From: the human T2T-CHM13v2.0 reference genome, Homo sapiens
Length of the DNA: 64,000 nt
Assembly: GCF_009914755.1 (NCBI RefSeq)
Contig: NC_060941.1
Direction: 5' to 3' (one strand)
The notes under the pieces were generated by a model. That model ran no database searches. It had not been told where the DNA came from and saw only the letters and a program-made list of their open reading frames with translations. Of the stretch, positions 50,894 through 64,000 are shown piece after piece. Within the stretch, counting starts at the first letter, position 1; each line of letters opens with the position of its first letter. The position numbers and the translations under genes were made by a program.

Positions 50894-51464
50894 TTATGTG
50901 CATTATCTTATGTAATCCTCTTAACCATTACTTGGTGAATAGTGAGTTCCACTACTATCCCCATTTCATAGAGGAGTAAACTGAGGCACAGGGAGATGGA
51001 CTAACTTGCTCATAGTCACGTAGTTACTTAATGGTGAGGCTGGGATCTGAATACAGGCAGCCTGAGAAGTGGCTCTTCCGTCCACCTCCAACCTCCTTTT
51101 AGCCGAGGGTTTTGAGCTCATTTCAACACAGCCACTGTGTCCAGGGATACCAGCAAAGAATTAGATCAATGTCAGGCTCTGACGCACAGGCAGGCTCAGT
51201 AATAACAACAGTCCACACACACATACGATAAGTTAACTCACCGCAGCCTCACACCGCGCCAGGAGGCAGGCACTAATATTATCTCAATTTTACGGATGAG
51301 GAAACCGAAGCTCAGATAGGTCAGATGACTGGCCCAAGGTCACACAGCTGCTGAGTGGCAAAGCTTGGAACCCGGGCAGTCTGGTCTCAGACACTACCCT
51401 CTCTTGCTACTAAGTCAGTCGTGCTACAGCGCACATTACTTTTTTTTTTTTTTTTTTGAGATGA

Positions 51465-51755
<291 letters not shown>

Positions 51756-52593
51756 TAACATGCCTAGGGGGCTGGTCCCTCAGGCCACAGGCCATGAGAA
51801 GCAGCAACTACAAGGGAAGAGCCGCTGCTGGAACACGCCCAGCGGAACAGGGGGAAGCCAACAATCCCGGCAGATGAAGGAAAGGAACCGGCAGGCACAC
51901 CGCTCTCACGCCAATGCGTGCGGACAGCCTGGTGGGATCAGCAGGACCATGACCTGAGCCTGCCTGCCAGGCACAGAACCTCAGGCGCACCCAGGCAGAC
52001 CCACGATGGGGTGCACTCAGCCCCGTATCATTCATGCTGCAGGTCAGCCTAGGAAGGGATCGTGCAGTTTGGTAGGTCACCTTCTAGAATGGATTGAAAA
52101 GGATTATCTCGCCTAATAAGGGCAGGTATTACTTTATGAGGCTCATTTCAAGCGTGCATGGGTATATGTGTGTGTGCAGATGTACGTATGTGTGTCGCGT
52201 TGCAGCATGAAATGATTTTCCACTATGGATTCTCTTCCAACAGGTGGAAGGAGCGTGACCACCCCTGAGTAAGCCGCCATTTATTCCTGCAATGGAATTC
52301 CAGGCAGCTTTGACGGTGCACAGTTTAGAGCTACAGGCAGGAGCGAAGATGAACCTAAAAACATAAATTTAACCAGAAAAGGGCAGCTCACAGGAACATG
52401 CTTACAATGTAATTCTTCTTCTTTTTATTCTTTTTTTAAATTTGTATTTATTTATTTTTTTTAAAGTAGAGATGGAGTTTCGCCATGTTGCCCAGGCTGG
52501 TCTCAAACTCCTGGACTCAGGCAATCCAGCCGCCTCGGCCTCCCAGACTGCTGGGATTACAGGCGTGAACCACCGCGCCCAGCCGTCTCGTTA

Positions 52594-53002
<409 letters not shown>

Positions 53003-53354
53003 TCACAGCTGAGGACACAGAGGGCTGGCATGGGAGTGGCGGAGGTAGAATAAAAACCCAGATCTCCTGCCTCCCAGTGCAGCCAAAGCCACCGTTGTAA
53101 CCACAGCCTAGGATTACCCAGAGAAGGCTGAAGCCTGTTCAGACTACAGGGAGCCTGTTTGGGACTCACAGTCCTCTGGCGATGAGCAGAGACTCTTCAT
53201 GCTTTCGTGCCTTGGACCCACAGCAGCCTGGTGAAGCCAAGGGACCTTTCTCTGAAGAATGTTTTGAAATGCGTAAAACTAAACTATGCAGGATGACAAA
53301 GGAAACCAACTATATTAAACTACTGTCTTAGTCATGGAACTCTCAGGAGTCCAA

Positions 53355-55757
53355 GAGAAGTAGGAATGCAGTACTCATACACAAGAGAAGAATGCGGTAC
53401 TCACATACAGGAGAAGTAAGAATGCGGTACTCACACACGGGAGAAGTAAGAATGCGGTACTCACGCACAAGGGAAGTATGCGGTACTCACACACAGGAGA
53501 AGTAAGAATGCGGTACTCACACACGGGAGAAGTAGGAATGCGGTACTCACACACAGGAGAAGTAAGAATGCGGTACTCACACACAAGGGAAGTATGCGGT
53601 ACTCACACACAGGAGAAGTAAGAATGCGGTACTCACACACAAGGGAAGTATGCGGTACTCACACACATGAGAAGTAAGAATGCGGTACTCACACACAGGA
53701 GAAGTAGGAATGCGGTACTCACACACGGGAGAAGTAGGAATGCGGTACTCACACACAGGAGAAGTAAGAATGCGGTACTCACGCACAAGGGAAGTATGCG
53801 GTACTCACACACAGGAGAAGTAAGAATGCGGTACTCACACACAAGGGAAGTATGCGGTACTCACACACAGGAGAAGTAAGAATGCGGTACTCACACACGG
53901 GAGAAGTAGGAATGCGGTACTCACACACAGGAGAAGTAAGAATGCGGTACTCACACACAAGGGAAGTATGCGGTACTCACACACAGGAGAAGTAAGAATG
54001 CGGTACTCACACACAAGGGAAGTATGCGGTACTCACACACAGGAGAAGTAAGAATGCGGTACTCACACACGGGAGAAGTAGGAATGCGGTACTCACACAC
54101 GGGAGAAGTAGGAATGCGGTACTCACACACATGAGAAGTAAGAATGCGGTACTCACACACAGGAGAAGTAGGAATGCGGTACTCACACACGGGAGAAGTA
54201 GGAATGCGGTACTCACACACAGGAGAAGTAAGAATGCGGTACTCACGCACAAGGGAAGTATGCGGTACTCACACACAGGAGAAGTAAGAATGTGGTACTC
54301 ACACACAAGGGAAGTATGCGGTACTCACACACAGGAGAAGTAAGAATGCGGTACTCACACACGGGAGAAGTAGGAATGCGGTACTCACACACAGGAGAAG
54401 TAAGAATGCGGTACTCACACACAAGGGAAGTATGCGGTACTCACACACAGGAGAAGTAAGAATGCGGTACTCACACACAAGGGAAGTATGCGGTACTCAC
54501 ACACAGGAGAAGTAAGAATGCGGTACTCACACACGGGAGAAGTAGGAATGCGGTACTCACACACGGGAGAAGTAGGAATGCGGTACTCACACACATGAGA
54601 AGTAAGAATGCGGTACTCACACACAGGAGAAGTAGGAATGCGGTACTCACACACGGGAGAAGTAGGAATGCGGTACTCACACACAGGAGAAGTAAGAATG
54701 CGGTACTCACGCACAAGGGAAGTATGCGGTACTCACACACAGGAGAAGTAAGAATGCGGTACTCACACACAAGGGAAGTATGCGGTACTCACACACAGGA
54801 GAAGTAAGAATGCGGTACTCACACACGGGAGAAGTAGGAATGCGGTACTCACACACAGGAGAAGTAAGAATGCGGTACTCACACACAAGGGAAGTATGCG
54901 GTACTCACACACAGGAGAAGTAAGAATGCGGTACTCACACACAAGGGAAGTATGCGGTACTCACACACAGGAGAAGTAAGAATGCGGTACTCACACACGG
55001 GAGAAGTAGGAATGCGGTACTCACACACGGGAGAAGTAGGAATGCGGTACTCACACACATGAGAAGTAAGAATGCGGTACTCACACACAGGAGAAGTAGG
55101 AATGCGGTACTCACACACGGGAGAAGTAGGAATGCGGTACTCACACACAGGAGAAGTAAGAATGCGGTACTCACGCACAAGGGAAGTATGCGGTACTCAC
55201 ACACAGGAGAAGTAAGAATGCGGTACTCACACACAAGGGAAGTATGCGGTACTCACACACAGGAGAAGTAAGAATGCGGTACTCACACACGGGAGAAGTA
55301 GGAATGCGGTACTCACACACGGGAGAAGTAGGAATGCGGTACTCACACACATGAGAAGTAAGAATGCGGTACTCACACACAGGAGAAGTAGGAATGCGGT
55401 ACTCACACACGGGAGAAGTAGGAATGCGGTACTCACACACAGGAGAAGTAAGAATGCGGTACTCACACACGGGAGAAGTAAGAATGCAGTACTCACGCAC
55501 AAGGGAAGTATGCGGTACTCACACACAGGAGAAGTAAGAATGCGGTACTCACGCACAAGGGAAGTATGCGGTACTCACACACAGGAGAAGTAGGAATGTG
55601 GTACTCACACACAGGAGAAGTAAGAATGCAGTACTCACGCACAAGGGAAGTATGCGGTACTCACACACAGGAGAAGTAGGAATGCGGTACTCACGCACAA
55701 GGGAAGTATGCGGTACTCACACACAGGAGAAGTAGGAACGCAGTACTCACACACAGG
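53355..55757. repeat. 30/26 bp VNTR, about 80 units, with a 464 bp higher-order repeat
   Basis: Units tcacacac(a/g)ggagaagta(a/g)gaatgcggtac (30) and tcacacacaagggaagtatgcggtac (26); marker variant catgagaag recurs at 464-bp steps. Confidence 0.98.
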
Positions 55758-57064
55758 AAGCACTCAGTAAAAGCCAGTGACACTTACGACCATTAATCTT
55801 CAGAATCCCTTCCACGTCCTTGGTCGTGGGTCCACGATGCTGAGGAGGGAGGCCCAGGGACCTGTGCCTTTGAGTCAGACCTGTGGGAGCCCCTCCAGGG
55901 CCTGATCTCGGCGAGGGATGAGGGATGCTGGCCCTGAACTGCAGGCCTCACACGTGACGCTGCCGCCGCTTGGGGAGGTGCCTTCTGGAGGGAACAGGTC
56001 CCTTGGGGCTGAGAGGAGAGGGACCCACAGCAGGCCCTGCCTGGAGACAGGGAGGTAGGGCGCAGGAGGAAACACTTACACCAATAGGAGCAGAGCCCTG
56101 GGGTCTAGGGCCGCTGTACCTCTCCTCTCTGGTACAAGGTTCAAGAATTGCTTGAACCCAGGAGGTGGAGGCTGCAGTGAGCTGAGATTACACCACTGCA
56201 CTCCAGCCTAGGCGACAGAGCAAGACTCTGTCTCAAAAACAAAAAACAATAACAAAAAAAAACCACACACACACACACACACACACAAAAGGACTAACAC
56301 AGCCTCTTATGGGCCAGGCACTCACACATTATTTAAGCAAAGTTCATGAAATGTCAGCTCTGCAACTGTACAGTCAGTAGGAATTACACCCCAAATTCAG
56401 ATGAGGAAACAGGCTCAAAGATGTAACAGCTTCATGCAACCAGCATTGACACCTACGTCTCTCTGACTCTAAGGAGAACTGAATCCCAGTGAATGTCCGT
56501 TCATTCATTTTTCATTCATTCATTCACTCACCAAACACTTCTCATGGTTCAGGCACTGTTCCAGGTGCCAGGGGTACGACGGAGCAGCAAACAGACCAAA
56601 TGTCTGCCCTGTGGAGCTGAGTTCACACGACAGCCAGACGCCGAGCGCGTACGAGGCTCTGGGGAGGGAGGCGGCGCAGATGACTCAGCCAGGGCCACCC
56701 CCGAGGAGCTCACATTCAGGTTAATGGAGGTGTTGCCATTCTCTGTTGAAGAAGTGGGGGAGGACAGACGTGGCGCATCTGAGAACCTATTCTACCGTGA
56801 ATTATTAACACTTTTCACAGAGGCCACGCTCCACAAAGGGAACTTCAGCGATACGGAAATCTCCCAAGGTGGGACGCCCGTGCGGTGGAGGCAACGTCAC
56901 TCCATCGAGCCTTGCTCTCTGGCCCCGCCACCTGTACGAGTGCTGCAGACGGTGCCTTCTGAGGGAAGCGGGCAGGTGTCGCTGGACCGCCCTGCCTGCT
57001 AAATATCTATGTGGATTCCCGTTCCAAGGACACCATCCCTTCTCAGGGATACAAGGCTGGGGTG

Positions 57065-57239
57065 TCTGAGTCTCATCTCCTTCCCAGCACCTATCCTGGG
57101 AAGGTTTTGTCGGAAATCCCCGTCACCCACAAGTCCAGTCTTTTTTTTTTTTCTGAGTCTCATCTCCTTCCCAGCACCTATCCTGGGAAGGTTTTGTTGG
57201 AAATCCCCGTCACCCACAAGTCCAGTCTTTTTTTTTTTT
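57065..57239. repeat. 87 bp tandem duplication including an Alu poly-T tail
   Basis: tctgagtctcatctcc...cacaagtccagtc(T)n twice, one substitution seen. Confidence 0.95.
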
Positions 57240-58633
57240 AAGACAAGGTCTCATTCCTTTGCCCAGGCCAGAGTGCAGAATGTGATCACAGCTCACTGTA
57301 AGCTCAAACTCCTGGGCTCACATGATCCTCCCACCTCAGCCTCCCAAGTAGCTTAGACTCTAGGGGCATTCCACCACACCTGGCTAATTTTTTAAAATTT
57401 TTTTGTAGAGACAGGGTCTTGATATGTTGCCCGGACTGGTCTTGAACTCTTAGTCTCGAGCAATCCTCCCATCTCTGCCTCCCAAAGTGCTAGGATAACA
57501 GGTGTGAGCCACCGTGCCCGGTCAAAGTCACTATTTTTTTTTTTTTTTTTGAGATGAGGTCTCACTCTGTAGCCCAGGCTGGAGTGCACTGGCATGATCT
57601 TGGCTCATTGCAATCTCCGCCTCCAGGGTTCAAACAATTCTCCTGCCTCAACTTCTCTAGTAGCTAGGATTACAGGCGTGTACCACCACACCCAGCTAAT
57701 TTTTGTATTTTTAGTAGAGACAGGGTTTCACCATGTTGGCCAGGCTGGTCTCAAACTCCTGACCTCAGGTGATCCACCCGCCTCGGCCTCCCACAGTGCT
57801 GGGATGACAGGTGTGAGCCACAGCGCCCGGCCAGAAGTCACTCCTTTTACAGCTGGGCCGAAGGCACCTGTTAGGTCCTCTCCCACCCGCTACACCACTA
57901 GCTAATGGTAATCATAGCACCCATTCCCCTGGGAGCCCCAAACCAGCCCGGGAGATGCATTTCACTGCGGAGGCTCATTAAGTGACTCTCCCAGTGCTGC
58001 ACGGACTTTACATGGGGACGCTGGGTTCGAATCCAGGCTCTGCAATGTTGCAATTTCTCTTTCCTTTGCCGACACATCCTCCAGAGGTTAGAGACTCCCA
58101 GCAGAACTGAGGATGTGAAAAGACTCAGTTCGTGGTGAGGACCCAGTGAGTGTTTATCAACAGCAACAATTATCCCTTACTCTGGTAGAGAACAGCGCCG
58201 TGAACACACGTCGCCAGCATCCAGCTTCTCAGCTGATTTTTACAACAGCCCCAGGACATACGTGGGACAGGCGTTTATCACCCTCACTTTGCAGACAGGA
58301 GAGACTCGGCAAGAACAGCTGCACCTAGACACAGCCTGGTTTCCTGGCGTGGGCCCCTCCGGATCCCCTCTCCCTGCTTCTCCATCCTCTCTTCCACCCC
58401 AGCAGGAGATGAGAGGAAGACAAGGGCATGAGGCTGGGATGTGGTACCCCCAGCTCCCCACTGTGGGCCACCCGGGCTGTGCACGCTCCTGCCCAGAAGC
58501 CCTCACCACATGGCCTCTGCCTCCAGGTCTAGGACACAGACCCTGCCCTCACCCTGCCCACATTTCCGTCATAGCTCTCCCCGCACTCCTCAGCCTGAGT
58601 GTGGCATCTGCTTCCTGACGGGCCCTAATGGAT

Positions 58634-59315
<682 letters not shown>

Positions 59316-59508
59316 CTAACGTTAGCTATTATCACTGGCCACTCTGCATCAATCGCATCGTGATTTTTTGTGTCGACTCTGTATCGACCCTGTAAAAGCA
59401 AAATCTCAATGTTTCTGTGACAATTCCATAGAAACTTTTCTTCAGCTTGGCCTCTAGGAGCCAGGGGGTGGCACAAAAGAGAGAAGCAAGTCACAAGATG
59501 AGCAAGAC

Positions 59509-61715
<2,207 letters not shown>

Positions 61716-62240
61716 TCAGCAGTGCTTTCAGTGTGGTTGGTAAGATTGTTCCCATTCTAAAGGTGAGAAAAACACAGCTCACTAGAGCGTAAATAACTTG
61801 CTGGAGGTCATAGGCTAAGCAGGTGTTCAAAGACCAAGCTCCCGGCCTGCAGAGGTGCCTCCACCCAGCCGAGCAACAGGCCTGGGGCCACAGAACCGGG
61901 CCCTGGAGCGCCTTCCCACAATCCAAAAATGCCCCTCAGTCCCTGGAGGGGAGCCTGTGACCCGGAGGAGCCATTTTCTCCCGGGCAGAGGGAGCTCCTC
62001 ACAAGCCAGTGCTGGGGGAAGACCTCCTGCGGGTGGATGGCCGGGAGGAGGTGCAAGAGAGGGCTGCAGTCAGCCAGGGTGGCACCCACAGCCCTTCCGG
62101 GAGCCACCCCTGCCTGGCGCTGGGACCTGGAGACAAAATGTCCAGGAGGAAACTCAGGAAGCTCCAGAGGAAACCCCTCAGGAAGTCCTGAAATAGTTCC
62201 ACAGCCCAGAGTGAAAACTTTCTTTTTTTCTTTTTTCTGA

Positions 62241-62426
<186 letters not shown>

Positions 62427-62633
62427 TAGGCAAGCTGGTCTCGAACTCATGACCTCAGGTGATCCTCCTGCCTCAGCCTCCCAAAGTACTGGGATTACAG
62501 GCGTGGGCCACCATGTCCAGCCCCAAAACGAAAATTTTCAAGTGAGAGCAGCCTTGAGGGTGCCATGGTCTCTCTGAGTCCAGGGCGTAGACCCCCAGTG
62601 CCTGGCAGCTTGGCCCGGCTCACAGGGCCCCCT

Positions 62634-62812
62634 CCCCAGAGCCCCCGCAGATGACCTCAGCTCCCACCCCCCGGAGTGTCCGCACCCACCCTCCCCAGCG
62701 CGGTCCCCACCTCCGCTCTCCCAGAGCCCACGCAGATGGCCTCAGCCCCCGCCCCCGGAGTGTCCGCACCCACCCTCCCCAGCGCGGTCCCACCTCTGCT
62801 CTCCCAGAGCCC
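62634..62812. repeat. 84 bp tandem duplication
   Basis: cgcagatg.cctcagc...ggagtgtccgcacccaccctccccagcgcggtccc...ctctcccagagccc twice. Confidence 0.9.
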
Positions 62813-63344
62813 AAGGTGGAGTTTCACTTCGGTCATTCTCAGCTCTATTTTTACTCAAAGGTGGTAGGAACACCACACGTTCAAAGCAGGACAGGCAAGT
62901 CGTCTGACTCCACGCGGCTGCAAGGCTGAGCTTTTCTGTGAGCAGGGACGGGGGCAGGCTGCGGCCCCATGCAGGGCTTCTCTCCAGGGCCAAGAGTCTA
63001 GGTCCAGTGCCCAGTCCCCGGTCCTGATACTCAAGCAGGTGACATTCAGCGTCCTCTTCACCTGGCTGAGAAAGACCAACAGCATCCCCAAGCAGAGGAA
63101 CAGCACGTGCAAAAGGCACCACACTATGAATGGGCGAGTGTTGTATCCTGGGAAACCGGGAGAGGCTCAGTGTGGCCGGAGGCCCGGGGGTGTGGCAGTG
63201 GGGCCAGGAGGGGAGGCTGCGGCTGGAGATGGGTTGGACCCAGTCTCTGAGAAGGCTCCCACGTTGTGCTAAGGAGTTTAGAGTTTATCCTGCAGGAAGG
63301 AGGGAGCTACGAAGGCTTGGAGGGCAGATGCTGCAGGCGCCTGG

Positions 63345-63770
63345 TCCTTCCCATCCAGTGTGGGCAGCGCGGGCCTCACCTGGGACTTGCTAGAAATGCA
63401 GAATCCAGGCCGGGCGCAGGGGCTCACGCCTGTAATCCCAGCACTTTGGGAGGCCGAGGCGGGCGGATCACCTGAGGTCAGGAGTTTGAGACCAGCCTGG
63501 CCAACATGGTGTAACCCTGTCTCTACTAAAAATACAGAAACATTAGCTGGGCATGGTGGCACGCGCCTGTAGTCCCAGCTACTTGGGAGGCTGAGGCAGG
63601 AGAATCGCTTGAACTGGGAGGCAGAGGCTGCAGTGAGAGCTGAGATCGCGCCACTGCACTCCAGCCTGGGTGACAGAGCCAGACTTTGTCTCAAAAACAA
63701 CAAACAAGCAAACAAAGGAAATGCAGAATCTGAGCTCCGGACCTGCCAAATCAAAATGTGCATGTCCATC
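63345..63770. mobile_element. MER5A-like fragment split by an Alu (63408-63718)
   Basis: tcacctgggacttgctagaaatgcagaatc [Alu] gaaatgcagaatct; duplicated target gaaatgcagaatc. Confidence 0.7.
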
Positions 63771-64000
63771 ATGGCACGGGGGCTGGGGGACCCCGTGATA
63801 CCCCAGTGATTTATCTTCTCGGGGTGAGGCAAAGCCTTGAGCTCTGGCTGGGCGGAGAGGCCACCAGTTGGATGTCTCCAGTATCCCCTTCTGATGGCCC
63901 TTCTGCCCTCCTAACACCCAGCTCCACCTCCTGCTTGGATCCTCCCTGCTCCAGGACTCTCCGGGGCATCCCCAGTGCTGGATCCAGACACCCAGAGCCC

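Overview
Primate (human or great-ape) genomic DNA, GC-rich and very Alu-dense. I recognise it as the 5' part of ABR (active BCR-related Rho GEF/GAP, human 17p13.3), transcribed on the minus strand. Only two coding exons are supported: the common exon 2 (19663-19847, 185 nt, ...[61 protein letters not shown]) and an alternative first coding exon in a CpG island (3319-3453, MEEEEEAIGLLDKVLEDEDVFLL...VAVK). Exon 2 also has an in-frame upstream ATG (19944) and a TATA/AP-1/ETS cluster, suggesting a third N-terminus. The rest is intron: about 45-50 Alu copies or fragments, MIR/L2/L1 fragments, MaLR/ERVL LTRs, Tigger1, MADE1, MER1, MER5, MER53, and about ten minisatellites covering roughly 10 kb. Nearly all ORFs in the supplied track are Alu-, VNTR- or GC-driven artefacts. 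I found no evidence of a new gene system. The most unusual things are structural or regulatory: (1) a composite templated insertion at 44.4-44.7 kb, made of a 250-bp inverted copy of 46.8-47.1 kb fused to a direct copy of 42.6 kb; (2) a target site used twice by Alus, giving three copies of one TSD; (3) VNTRs whose units carry splice-site-like or TF-like motifs, one with a 464-bp higher-order repeat; (4) VNTRs grown from transposon ends. Repeat family names come from recalled consensus sequences and their boundaries are approximate.
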